A stretch of DNA of 64,000 nucleotides from Candidatus Thorarchaeota archaeon (GCA_048882485.1 JBHLRP010000012.1:1-64000), one strand, 5' to 3'. Shown: positions 27,401-36,349, counted from the first letter of the stretch. Translations and numbers: made by a program. The notes: generated from the letters alone by a model not told the origin.

Positions 27401-30163
27401 TTCCACTGATTGGCGATCCCCGACAGACAACGTAGTGCCTGAACTGTCTGCGGTAAGCACGGTGGGAATCTCATTCACCGTAATTGTGAACACTGCGATA
27501 CGGGAAACATGATCTGTCATGTTCGCGTTGATGAATATTGTATAGGTTTGAGCCGCTGACGACGTGAATACGATTGAGTAGTAGCCATTTCCTTCGTCGG
27601 TGGAGAGTCCGGCATTCAAGCCTGAAGCCGGATTTATGCTTGTCACACTGATATTTGCTCCGGCAAGACCATATCCTGTACTATTTCGGTACTGAACAAC
27701 CAGTCTATAGGGCTCTCCCATTTGTGATACATCAGAGGTGCCGTTCAATGAAATTAAGACAGTGCCAACCTCTCCAACTATGAGGGTGAATGAGTCCGAA
27801 TTGCTATAGTGGAAAGCCTTGGATGCTGTGATGATTACTGTATATGTACCTGATTTCGAGCTTGTGATATTAATTGAATAGTCTCCAGATCCAGTAGCAC
27901 TTTGTCCGAGAAGCTGGAGGCCTCCCTGTGGACCTGTATAGTTCATCTGGATTGTGGCTCCATCGACCCCCACACTAGACTCTAGTTCATAGCGCATCTC
28001 CACAGAGAATTCCTGATGTAGACCCACTTCAGTAGGCAGTGGCCCGACCGAGGTCAATTGGAAATTGGTTCGAAGTGTTGATACTACTGTGAATTGACAG
28101 GTCGCATCATCGTAGTATGGCCTGGAGGCATTTACTACCACAACAAATTGACCAGCGCCAACAAGATTCGTATCAAAGTCGGTTTGCCACCAATTGTACA
28201 CCGGATTGGCAAAGAAGTTTACAATCGTAATTGACCAGTTTCCTACCACCTGTGCAGACGCGTCAAGTATGAAATCGGATGTATCATCATCCACATAGTA
28301 CAGCATATTAGTGATTAGCAAACCTGTATCGGCTTCCACCAAGGTTTCCCGAGGAGTAAGGCTTGCAGTGTGATACATATCGAAGACTGCATAATCATAA
28401 GCAACCTCTGTGCCATTTGACCATAATGCAGTGACTTCCCATTGGCCCACAGAAGTGTTTGCGCCTCCCAATGTCCAATGAGAGCTGTTCACAATTCCAT
28501 TAGACATGGTGCTGATTGAATCATACGCCCATTGAGTGGAGTTGGGGAGTATCCATGTGATATTAACAGGACTTCCATCTGTCGGATTTCCTGCACCCGT
28601 GCCAATCTCAACCTGGACCCTAGTGGTGTTCCCTGGCTTGAACAAAGAAATCTCAGACCATTGTCCTGTGCTCCAGTCTTGAACTTGAATTGATACATTC
28701 TGAGCATAATTGAGCGCCTGAAGATTAATCTCCCACCATCCACTTCTACCGGTTTCGCTGTTTGGTATATGGATGCGCCCAGGTGAAACACTACACAAAC
28801 TCGTGATATCATTAGTTAGTGGGTCCAGGATGGTCACATTCTCCCAATCGGCGGGATATAACAAGTCTACTGTGGTTCCGTCATACTCCGTTGATCCTGT
28901 CATATATGTGAAGAGCGACAAATCTGAACTCTGCCCTGCGGTTACTGAGTATTGAACACCTTCTTCTGATAGGTCAGTGGTCCATGAAGAGTTGATATAT
29001 CTGTGAAAAAGTGAAGTGACGGTGTAGGAAAAGATGACACTGGTATTCGAGGTCACCTCCACCTGCAAAGGATTTGTAGTCCAAAAGCTTGGATTGGAAA
29101 TTGACGCTGCTCCTCCATTTGAAATCGGAGAAGAGAATGAACCGGCATGGAATGTCAGTTCGACCTCCTCTGGAGTAGGGGCTGCAATGCTTGTGAATAC
29201 AATGTTATCTAGTTGCAGTGTGACATTTTGCATGTTATCCAGGCCATCGTATTCTCTAAGGGGATCGTCGTCATAATCCGTATCATTGTCAACTATTACA
29301 TTCCCGGGGAAATACACTCCCAGAGAAATCGCGAAATCACTCCATCCTGGATCAATTGGATCGAACACATGTGATATATGATACCATCCGTCGTGTGAAT
29401 CCAGTAATTGCATTGGAGAATACCATCCTTCAAGGTATGATTCGCTAGCCTTCTCCAATTGCCAAAAGACTCCAATATCGTTCAATGAATCGTTGTCTTG
29501 TGGATCAAGGGGTCCCGTAGCATAACGATAATCGAATTCCAACCTGAAATCAGAAACAGATGGTAAATTGTAAATCACCTGACTAAATCCAATCTCTCCG
29601 GGAAAATGCTTGTAGGTTTGGCCATAGGGAGGATGATTACCCCACTCCGCTACGTCTTTACATTCGATATATTTCCCGGTAGAATTGTAGGAGACGAGCT
29701 GTGTGGATGACCCGCCACCACCCAGAGTATAGTTAGTCCACGGATCGGTTCCAGTATCGAATGTACCATTGATTCCATATAGCCTCTGAAGGTTCCAGAC
29801 ATCGATGCTAGTTGAATTCATAAACCAGCCATTTGCGTCATCAATAGCGATATCGCTTTGTGTATTTGAACCGGTATCAGTTCTCCCTCTCTTTCCTTCA
29901 GTTGTTTGATACCCTGATTGCCTAATTCTAATGGGATTGAGTACTCCTTCATTAGGAGTTGCCGAAATCGTGAACGCATCGCTTCGTTCCAAGCTCTCTG
30001 ACTGGTCCGTTCTCGTGAGGCCTTGTTGAGCTTCATTTGACGGTGAAACGATCAGAGAATCACTTCTTGCCTTTGACATTATACTATTATTCGCAGTCCC
30101 AAGAAAGCCTATCAATAGTATCACAAGAAGTCCGATGACTGCATGCTTGCCTTTCCTCATCAC
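24401..30163 (-). CDS. Giant single-pass membrane protein: signal peptide, Ig-like repeat ectodomain, TM, cytoplasmic longin domain, acidic tail
   Basis: Repeated G.Y.I.....GTY.....ASK.NY beta-sandwich units; TM FIAIMGVVAIGVAG then RRR; LLGVIVLHKNTGIPIY..DELLLSGFVSAISTF longin pattern. Confidence 0.85.
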   Translation of the reverse strand: MMRKGKHAVIGLLVILLIGFLGTANNSIMSKARSDSLIVSPSNEAQQGLTRTDQSESLERSDAFTISATPNEGVLNPIRIRQSGYQTTEGKRGRTDTGSNTQSDIAIDDANGWFMNSTSIDVWNLQRLYGINGTFDTGTDPWTNYTLGGGGSSTQLVSYNSTGKYIECKDVAEWGNHPPYGQTYKHFPGEIGFSQVIYNLPSVSDFRLEFDYRYATGPLDPQDNDSLNDIGVFWQLEKASESYLEGWYSPMQLLDSHDGWYHISHVFDPIDPGWSDFAISLGVYFPGNVIVDNDTDYDDDPLREYDGLDNMQNVTLQLDNIVFTSIAAPTPEEVELTFHAGSFSSPISNGGAASISNPSFWTTNPLQVEVTSNTSVIFSYTVTSLFHRYINSSWTTDLSEEGVQYSVTAGQSSDLSLFTYMTGSTEYDGTTVDLLYPADWENVTILDPLTNDITSLCSVSPGRIHIPNSETGRSGWWEINLQALNYAQNVSIQVQDWSTGQWSEISLFKPGNTTRVQVEIGTGAGNPTDGSPVNITWILPNSTQWAYDSISTMSNGIVNSSHWTLGGANTSVGQWEVTALWSNGTEVAYDYAVFDMYHTASLTPRETLVEADTGLLITNMLYYVDDDTSDFILDASAQVVGNWSITIVNFFANPVYNWWQTDFDTNLVGAGQFVVVVNASRPYYDDATCQFTVVSTLRTNFQLTSVGPLPTEVGLHQEFSVEMRYELESSVGVDGATIQMNYTGPQGGLQLLGQSATGSGDYSINITSSKSGTYTVIITASKAFHYSNSDSFTLIVGEVGTVLISLNGTSDVSQMGEPYRLVVQYRNSTGYGLAGANISVTSINPASGLNAGLSTDEGNGYYSIVFTSSAAQTYTIFINANMTDHVSRIAVFTITVNEIPTVLTADSSGTTLSVGDRQSVELSFRDESATGIPGATISVLNPPAGLSFQISELSGGLYNVTITPLAPGTYQIALKASKTNYLNSTLGYTIIVRGFATVLVPMNGTSDVSQLGVPYRLVVQYRNSTGYGLAGANVSVIGINPSSGLTAGLFFDEGSGYYSIVLTSSAAQTYTIFINANMTDHVSQTTAFTITVNEIPTVLTADSSGTTLSVGDSQSIELSFRDESSTGIVGASVSVLIPPAGLSFEISELSGGLYNVTITALTPGTYQMAFKASKTNYLNSTLGYSVIVRGFGSNLIRLNGTADFAYFGDTYRLVVQFTNTTGFGLVGASVSVIDVVPAAGLGIATAVDEGSGIYSIDITASLAGIFTILLRANLTDYDTQFASFGLTVREIPSILTLDTSGATISVDQSHDVQVTFRDDALNGLIGATILVLHPPSGLAHVVVEGSGGQYTITLTPSVIGTYEFAIRATLANYLNSTVGFTLVVRSIPTELRIVEELESDSIYFTDEYNLTLLYVRTDTGQNVSSADLTVSTLPAEGLTCSVSLIGDLYLLGFEAESIGKWQVFFTANKTDHVIGFIEFELEVLPVAIEIDIFQGLSAVEVSQNTLSLWLIESITGDPVTGATVEYQLISETGPGEIRPMSETEPGLYSASFQMPSYESTTYVRIYVAIENYEIDADYYEAQLEPLLSEIEALNRTITRYSPFIAIMGVVAIGVAGRRAYTRRQRKRYIEAMVVKRRFDDVKSLLGVIVLHKNTGIPIYSKMLKEGLDELLLSGFVSAISTFRNEFNVSQENWVVTPISDIIRTVATENLLCAFISLAPPSKGQELRMVEFAEAIGFVFDHMYPEVPLTVLEPETEAQFDAFFDDIMDGRLLRDYTVSEGKSFPRKTKCLEERIHRIDDEDGFDLEELAKEMTSCGLEEARVYTIIMDAIEMGNLAFASIDEARAAASPPPAEEPRMLEVEPDPVETDSESEIVEPPTMKVVRIDEPASEKSDGEKSDEEKFLEDVESLLGKENEEENEE
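26000..27790 (-). repeat. Tandem ~588-bp (196-aa, two-domain) repeats inside the giant gene, about 3 copies; ends approximate
   Basis: 26835-26998 is nearly identical to 27423-27586 (offset 588); NGTSDVSQ/NGTADF and DSSGTTLSV/DTSGATISV units recur. Confidence 0.85.
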
Positions 30164-30222
30164 GTTCGCCTCGAGAGAGTGGAGATTAGCGTGCTAACCT
30201 TTGACTCTGTGCACGGCCGCGA

Positions 30223-31407
30223 TTACTTCGCTCTTGATATCGGGACCAACCGTGCGTTCACAAAGTCTTCCAGCTCTCTCGCTCGCTCTGAAATTATATT
30301 ATCATACTTAGCATGGACCTTTTCCAAAATTTGGTAGCTGACGACGTAATTTTCCTCTTTGCTTTCAAACTCCCAGCGGCCCACGACCTCGCCATTGATC
30401 CATATAGTTGGTCGAATTTCACCTGATGCATTTGTGGCCCCAGTCACCTTCACATCGGAAGGCGGAGGACGGCACTCTGGCGGCCAATAATGCTCCCTCA
30501 GCTTTGGGAAGACATAGGATTGCATCTTCTCACTGAGATACCACGAACGCTCAATGGACGCCTTAGGCAAATGGTCCTCGTAGGGGAGCAGCCATACGAC
30601 TGGCTCTGTTGGAGCTTCAAACGAGGCAGCAAACTCAAGGTCGTTTGGGGTCATCATCTTATTTGGTCCTTCCACATCTACCTCTACAACTTCATCCTCG
30701 AGGGCTTCAACTGCAGCCTTGGCTCGTGTTTTTGGTATTGAGAGCCACCATGAAATGTCATCTACTGACACTGGCCCAAATCTGTCAACGTATCTATGAA
30801 TCATCTGATTGAGTGCATTGTCCTCAGACACATCTTCCAATCTGAACCCTTTGATCCATTTCTCCAGAAGCGCGTAGGCTGTCGTGGAACTACGCGCATG
30901 ACTGGCAGTAGCTCGGACCACCCTGCCAGAGGTTGCAGCTAGATGAAATAGGGGGCGAATCTGTTTTGCATATTGGGGTACTAATCTCTTAATCTCCCGC
31001 ATTGTCTTTGGGCCGTCTTTCAGAGTGGCGAGGACGACTTCCATCAATGAATTGATTTCACTGTCGCTGAGTTGTTTGATGTCTGGATGCTGCCGCATCT
31101 TCTTGTAGAATGCAGATTTGGTGGCAAGTATCACCAGCGAGAGATTGTCAGTGTGAACAACATGGACTGTTGTTCTGAAAGCATTGAGCCTTAACAGACG
31201 GTCACCACTATTCAAAGACCTGAATATGGCCTCCGCATCATAATCTCCTATTCTTGCCCAGACAGAGAGATATGGGGTCCAATAATCTGTAGAGTGTAAG
31301 CCCAATTGAGTTTTGGCAACTTCATAGAAGTCCGGGCGCTCCCTGTCAAATGCATGCTGTTTTCTCAAGTGATTTAGACGGACCTGTTGCACAGACAATT
31401 GCTTCAA
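30223..31407 (-). CDS. AlkZ/YcaQ-like winged-helix DNA glycosylase
   Basis: GLHSTD..PYLSVWAR, R.TVHVV, Y..RFGP.S..D..WW, LLPYED, VVGRW. Confidence 0.82.
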   Translation of the reverse strand: MKQLSVQQVRLNHLRKQHAFDRERPDFYEVAKTQLGLHSTDYWTPYLSVWARIGDYDAEAIFRSLNSGDRLLRLNAFRTTVHVVHTDNLSLVILATKSAFYKKMRQHPDIKQLSDSEINSLMEVVLATLKDGPKTMREIKRLVPQYAKQIRPLFHLAATSGRVVRATASHARSSTTAYALLEKWIKGFRLEDVSEDNALNQMIHRYVDRFGPVSVDDISWWLSIPKTRAKAAVEALEDEVVEVDVEGPNKMMTPNDLEFAASFEAPTEPVVWLLPYEDHLPKASIERSWYLSEKMQSYVFPKLREHYWPPECRPPPSDVKVTGATNASGEIRPTIWINGEVVGRWEFESKEENYVVSYQILEKVHAKYDNIISERARELEDFVNARLVPISRAK

Positions 31408-31521
31408 GGGAAGACCCCCTCTGTCTCATGCCACCATTTCTGTATATGAATCAGACTATGAAAGACTGCAAAATAAGAGATTGATTGACGATAAAATCCT
31501 CTATCCATATGGCCTATAGTG

Positions 31522-31552
31522 CCCGTTTACGGCGTTTCTAGTCGTAAACGGG
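31522..31552 (-). terminator. 10-bp stem hairpin downstream of the 31579 gene
   Basis: cccgtttacg/cgtaaacggg inverted repeat. Confidence 0.55.
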
Positions 31553-31578
31553 TCTACTTTGACCTCGATGTATAGGTT

Positions 31579-31833
31579 CTACCTTGTAGCACCGATGATT
31601 AGGAGTAGGACGCCTAATACTATCAGGATCAACATAATCTCTGTGAAGACATATCCTGCAAGCTCGATCGAGTAGAGATTGAGCATAGTGAATAGGTCAG
31701 TAATCATTGGATAACTGAACCCAATTAGTTGAAAGATTATTGGTAGAAGCCCGAATATTATCAGGATCAATCCAAGAAGTGCCATTCCTTTGCCCATAAG
31801 ATTCATCTCCATATGGATACCCAGTATTTGCAT
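31579..31833 (-). CDS. Small 2-TM membrane protein (probable start MGKG at 31797)
   Basis: Two long hydrophobic stretches; GGAGATG upstream of MGKG. Confidence 0.7.
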   Translation of the reverse strand: MQILGIHMEMNLMGKGMALLGLILIIFGLLPIIFQLIGFSYPMITDLFTMLNLYSIELAGYVFTEIMLILIVLGVLLLIIGATR

Positions 31834-31902
31834 CGCGGCTATAAATAGATATGTAGGCTTTCAAGGTCCGCCAGTATACATATCTCAGCTATACATCTTC
31901 CA

Positions 31903-32352
31903 TTATTCAAAGCCTGAAATTTTGATTGAACTCTGGGGGTCTGAATAGCTTCTTACCTCCATAATTCTGGCTCCAAATCCTCCAACAACACCGCTCAGAA
32001 ACCAGATCTGATAGATTAGGGAAACATAAGTCAAGTTTGCCAAAGGACTCCAGCCAAGATCTGCTCCCAGACTGCTCCAGACGAGCATGTCCACAGCTGA
32101 TGTAAGAACCATGAAAATGACTCCTGCTGACATTCCCTTGACCAACGCGCATATTTGGAATCTGAGACTGCATCCACCACCGACTAGATTCCGAAAGGTT
32201 ATTGGGATTATGGCAAGTGGGACTCCGATGAGGTAAACGGACCAATAGTGGGCTTCCCCCACAAGTATTGTAACAATCAGAAGGGATGCATACACAGCAA
32301 TCCAGTATTTTGGAATCCATAGCCAAGACTTGATCTCTTCGAATGCTTCCAC
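31903..32352 (-). CDS. 4-TM membrane protein
   Basis: Hydrophobic helices, GGGCS loop. Confidence 0.7.
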   Translation of the reverse strand: MEAFEEIKSWLWIPKYWIAVYASLLIVTILVGEAHYWSVYLIGVPLAIIPITFRNLVGGGCSLRFQICALVKGMSAGVIFMVLTSAVDMLVWSSLGADLGWSPLANLTYVSLIYQIWFLSGVVGGFGARIMEVRSYSDPQSSIKISGFE

Positions 32353-32400
32353 TATATTTCACTTAGTCTACGGATTTGAAATTCCCTTAATCATATCTTT

Positions 32401-32640
32401 GGTGTAGCAAACAAAAAAGAGCAAAACAACAACGTCAAAAGGAGCTTTGCCATACACAGGGTGACCCAATCCACGGTTCGAAAGGAGAGTCCTTTCATCC
32501 GGAATCAGAAGGAGGAAGATTTCGGAATGGTGATAATAATGCGCCTTTTTGTTGTCAGGACCGTCTTTGAACCGTGGACGGTCACGCAAATATCATGGGC
32601 ATATTCCTAAAAAAGGAGGAATATCTGCGCATTTTCTCTT
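32401..32640 (+). ncRNA. Putative structured non-coding RNA of unknown family
   Basis: Five nested or adjacent helices with G-U pairs only on the + strand; TATA-like tttgaaat about 26 nt upstream; U-rich 3' end. Confidence 0.65.
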
Positions 32641-32659
32641 CTTTGTCATCAAAAACACA

Positions 32660-33466
32660 CTATTTGAAGAGATTAAGAAGGGTCTTGATGTGATCAATGA
32701 TCAATAGTCCTGGAGGCGCCTTCTCTGCCTTCCCTTCTCTCTCCCAAGTTATCAGAATTGGAGTCATCTGAGCCCTGCGTGCAGCCTCAACATCCAGTTC
32801 TATGAAGTCTCCTATGAATACGCATCTCATGGGGTTAATGCTCATGTGTCTTGATATCTTCAGTAGCATATAGGGTGACGGTTTCTTATAGCCTGGAACC
32901 ATTGAGTGTTCCACTGCTTCAAAGAGGTCAAAGATGGAGTCTCGCTTCAGAATTCCCGAAGGGTCCTCCCAGCGATTTGAGGCCAATCCCAGCTTGTATC
33001 CCCTTGTATGAAGATTCTCTAAGACTTCTTTACAACCTGGAATGAGAGTGGATTGCCAGGGTATCACTGTCGCTTCCCATCTCTCAGTTATCTCATTGGC
33101 TAACCTATCGAGTTCGGTGGACACTCCAAGGGAACTCAGCATTCTCCTTCCGTACTCCACCCAAAGGTCATGGGAAGGATTCCATCTTGAATGAACTCCC
33201 TCTGAAATCATGTATTCATTCATCCAAGTCCTGGCAGTTAGAAACGCCTGTTCCAGCTTTTGATCCGAACAAGATGCCAATTCATCAAGTCCGAGCTCTT
33301 GGAGCCATATGCGTGTCAGATTGGATACCCAGATATCAGAACGATAGAGTGTGTCATCAAGGTCAAAGATGATCCCTTTGACCATATCGAGAGATGTCAT
33401 TACATGGGAGTCCGAAAGAAACCACCTAATCAACATTCTCCAAAATAGGAGGGAATCCAAGGGCAC
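32660..33466 (-). CDS. HAD-superfamily hydrolase (true start probably ~33385-33403)
   Basis: FDLDDTL, LASN, KKPSP, FIGDFIELD. Confidence 0.9.
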   Translation of the reverse strand: MPLDSLLFWRMLIRWFLSDSHVMTSLDMVKGIIFDLDDTLYRSDIWVSNLTRIWLQELGLDELASCSDQKLEQAFLTARTWMNEYMISEGVHSRWNPSHDLWVEYGRRMLSSLGVSTELDRLANEITERWEATVIPWQSTLIPGCKEVLENLHTRGYKLGLASNRWEDPSGILKRDSIFDLFEAVEHSMVPGYKKPSPYMLLKISRHMSINPMRCVFIGDFIELDVEAARRAQMTPILITWEREGKAEKAPPGLLIIDHIKTLLNLFK

Positions 33467-33493
33467 TGCATATGCTGAGAGACAACTCTTTTT

Positions 33494-34450
33494 GTGGACT
33501 TCTGTAGTCGAGAGGCATCAGATTTCCATACGGTGAGTATCTTGGACCTCATAGACAAAGGCATTCTGGGTCATTTACTGGAGAATTGCAGAATCACCTA
33601 CGAGGAACTCTCTCGAAATCACGGGATCTCAGCTAATGCAGTCAAAAAGAGGGTCCAAAAAATGGAGGAGTCGGGTGTCATTCAGCGCTATTCAATCCGA
33701 CTATCACTTGCAATGCTCGATGCCCAGTTTCTCTTTGGTTTGCTTCAGACTGATGGGTCTCAGGATGAGGAGGCTTTCGTGAACAAAATTGGCGAGAGTC
33801 CATCCATAGTTGCAGCAGCTGCATATAGTGATGGCCATTACGCGCTCCTTGCAGAGTACGTCAACACCGTCGAGCTGATGGAGTTGGGTTCGCATCTGAG
33901 AACACTTGAGGGAGTTGAGGATGTCGAGCTTCATACGCTGGTGACAGCCAGAGGAACAAAGACCGAACTGACCACAAACCATCTCAAGGTCCTATACTAT
34001 CTTCGAGATAATCCCAGGATGAGTATTGTCGATCTTGCTCGGGAATCAGGCATGACCGCAAGACGCGTGAGGCGCCTTGTTACCGAGCTTGTTGAAGGCG
34101 AGAGCGTCATATTCACTGCTAATCTCGAACTTGGAGAAGCCGGGAGCATACCCTTTCTAGCAAGAGTGGCATGGAACGAGCGGATTGCGGATTACAATGC
34201 TGTCATTGGATGGCTCCTGAGTAGTTATCCTGATTCACTCTGGGAGTGGTACATCTCCGTTTCAGAGCCAGCTATCTTCTGTCTCTTCACAGCTGAGGAC
34301 TTGAATGAGATGAACTCCAAGGCGAGGGAGATACGTCAGCAGGACTTCGTCGATCGTGTGAAGGTGATAGTTGCGTCGTATCATGATGGATTCGGAGGTC
34401 CAAGAAGTCGTCGATTGAATGAGATGATTCAAGAGGTCGTTAAGGAGTAG
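33494..34450 (+). CDS. Tandem-duplicated Lrp/AsnC regulator
   Basis: LDLIDKGIL..NCRITYEEL..ANAVKKRV and a second unit NPRMSIVDLA..ARRVRR. Confidence 0.88.
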   Translation: MDFCSREASDFHTVSILDLIDKGILGHLLENCRITYEELSRNHGISANAVKKRVQKMEESGVIQRYSIRLSLAMLDAQFLFGLLQTDGSQDEEAFVNKIGESPSIVAAAAYSDGHYALLAEYVNTVELMELGSHLRTLEGVEDVELHTLVTARGTKTELTTNHLKVLYYLRDNPRMSIVDLARESGMTARRVRRLVTELVEGESVIFTANLELGEAGSIPFLARVAWNERIADYNAVIGWLLSSYPDSLWEWYISVSEPAIFCLFTAEDLNEMNSKAREIRQQDFVDRVKVIVASYHDGFGGPRSRRLNEMIQEVVKE

Positions 34451-34453
34451 CTC

Positions 34454-36349
34454 CTATTCATCCCTTTCACTTTGCGATAGAGTTTCGAATTCATCCAGGT
34501 CATCACTATCACCGTAGATTTCCTCGTAGACTGACATACTGGTGTTCTCTTTGTACTGAGGACGCACAAGCAACCTGAGTCCTCCAGCAATTCTAGAGAG
34601 GTTACCACTCTTCCATAGGCGGAGGATGAGCCAAGCCCCTAGGACCCATAAGTAGACAAATCGATAGCATACGAACACAATCCACGAGAAGAGCAATGGA
34701 ACCAGGTGATGTTTTTCAAAGCCGGATGGCTCTCGATCGAGTTCGAGATTTCGGTAGTCGTAGAGCACTGAGATAAAAGGTGCAAGCGCGAGCAGATAGA
34801 ACTTGTAGGCTCCACGAGGATAGAAGAGCTGAACGCACATCACTGCAACAAATCCCCATGTAAGCGCCTGGATGACAAGCTCCTGAACCCGTCTTACGTG
34901 GTTCTCTTCACTGGTGAATCGAGGTTTAAAGGTGGCAAATGTCCCATATACTACAATCCCGCATATTATCAGGAACACATAGTTGGCCAGTAGAAAAGCA
35001 ATAGCATCTGTGAACCATGTAGGCATCCCGAGCCACAGGAAGAACGTGTTGAGATGCACTGTCATCCATAGATCTGGAATAAATGTACGGAGCGTTTCAT
35101 AGCGTCCCGAATTCCAAAGAAGCACCTGATTTAGGTACAGCTCTGGACTCACAATGAGGAAAGGTACTGAAACAAGAAAGACAATACCTGCGTAGATTGC
35201 AATATGCTTGATGAATCCGCGCACATGCTCGAGAATCCTTCTTCCTGACCGTTTCTTCAGCAAGACAAAGGAGAGGATTGGGAAGAATACCACTGCCAAC
35301 TGCTTGTATAGGGTGGCCACAGCTATTGCTGCAATTGACAGCTCTTCTTTCTCAGACAACGCCAGAAAGAACGAAGCCATTGTGAAGAAGACATAAGGCG
35401 TCGGATTCAGCCACATGAGACTGCCATAGAACAGAGTAAATGGGTTGAGGAGAAATAACATCATTGCATAGATTGGATACCTCTCATCATTTGTCAGTGA
35501 ATCCGCAATTCTATATACAAAATAACCTGTTCCAACGTTGAAGAGGAAGAGCGGTACACCTGGCAACCAAGAGGGAACGCTACCAAGGATTGATACCGTA
35601 TAAATCCATAGAGGCGGGTAGAGATAGATTGCAAGGTCGCTCGAGTATGCCCAGGCTCCCTCTCTAAGCGACGGCACCCATGAGAGGTAGAAGAACTGAT
35701 AGTCGTTATACAACTCAACATGAATCAATTCCTCGAAGATATCAGGAAGCCCAAGGCTGTAGGATGCGAGGGTGAATGTGCGAATGAAGAAAAGCACCAG
35801 GTTGATGCTTGTTCCAATCACAAAGTATCTCTTCCATCCATCTAGAATCCAACCCGCCCCGACTAAAGCAATGAACAGCCCCAAGAATCCCAGCGTGAAT
35901 GATTGATAGAATCCAGAAGGAAGAATGACATAGTAGTAGGTCCATGAAACTGAATTCTGACCATAGTTGAAGAACACAATATACAGGTCTAGCTCTGTCG
36001 TGAGTGAGGTTTCATAGCTTGTTCTTTCTCCGCTCCCAAACTCAAGGAGGACTTCCACATCTTGAATTGGGGTGCCTGACATATACCTCTCATATTCTGT
36101 TTCTGTTAGCAAGAATCCAGTGGTGTTCTCAGCTATGTTTTGCTCTGGTGGTAGCATCTCTATTCCAAATTCGTAGTACGCATCACCAAGCTTCAAGGAG
36201 ATATGATCAACATCACTGCTTGAGCCCTCAACTATCACATTGAATCCACTTCGAGTTGTCCCAGGCGCTGAGAAATGCAATGCGAACCCAGCTACAGCAA
36301 TGACCATGCCCAATACAATGATACCTCTTTGGAATGTCCTCCTATCCAT
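34454..36349 (-). CDS. GT-C fold glycosyltransferase (GT87/PIG-M-like) with N-terminal extracytoplasmic beta domain
   Basis: ELYNDY, YLYPPLW, FLLNPF, LYKQ motifs; more than 10 TM. Confidence 0.7.
   Translation of the reverse strand: MDRRTFQRGIIVLGMVIAVAGFALHFSAPGTTRSGFNVIVEGSSSDVDHISLKLGDAYYEFGIEMLPPEQNIAENTTGFLLTETEYERYMSGTPIQDVEVLLEFGSGERTSYETSLTTELDLYIVFFNYGQNSVSWTYYYVILPSGFYQSFTLGFLGLFIALVGAGWILDGWKRYFVIGTSINLVLFFIRTFTLASYSLGLPDIFEELIHVELYNDYQFFYLSWVPSLREGAWAYSSDLAIYLYPPLWIYTVSILGSVPSWLPGVPLFLFNVGTGYFVYRIADSLTNDERYPIYAMMLFLLNPFTLFYGSLMWLNPTPYVFFTMASFFLALSEKEELSIAAIAVATLYKQLAVVFFPILSFVLLKKRSGRRILEHVRGFIKHIAIYAGIVFLVSVPFLIVSPELYLNQVLLWNSGRYETLRTFIPDLWMTVHLNTFFLWLGMPTWFTDAIAFLLANYVFLIICGIVVYGTFATFKPRFTSEENHVRRVQELVIQALTWGFVAVMCVQLFYPRGAYKFYLLALAPFISVLYDYRNLELDREPSGFEKHHLVPLLFSWIVFVCYRFVYLWVLGAWLILRLWKSGNLSRIAGGLRLLVRPQYKENTSMSVYEEIYGDSDDLDEFETLSQSERDE

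Noticed and set aside
26835-27586. Diversity-generating retroelement TR/VR pair
   Set aside because: Both copies are in-frame coding repeats, differences are not adenine-specific, and no RT is nearby
32368-32589. 73-aa minus-strand ORF over the putative ncRNA
   Set aside because: No SD or protein-like character; the region is better explained by RNA helices
301-32634. tatctgcgcattt at both 301 and 32622
   Set aside because: A single 13-mer match is expected by chance in 64 kb
32401-32640. SRP RNA, RNase P RNA, tRNA or telomerase RNA identity
   Set aside because: No SRP helix-8 motif, no complete RNase P P4 pair and no cloverleaf. The caaaacaacaac loop looks template-like, but there is no reverse transcriptase in the window
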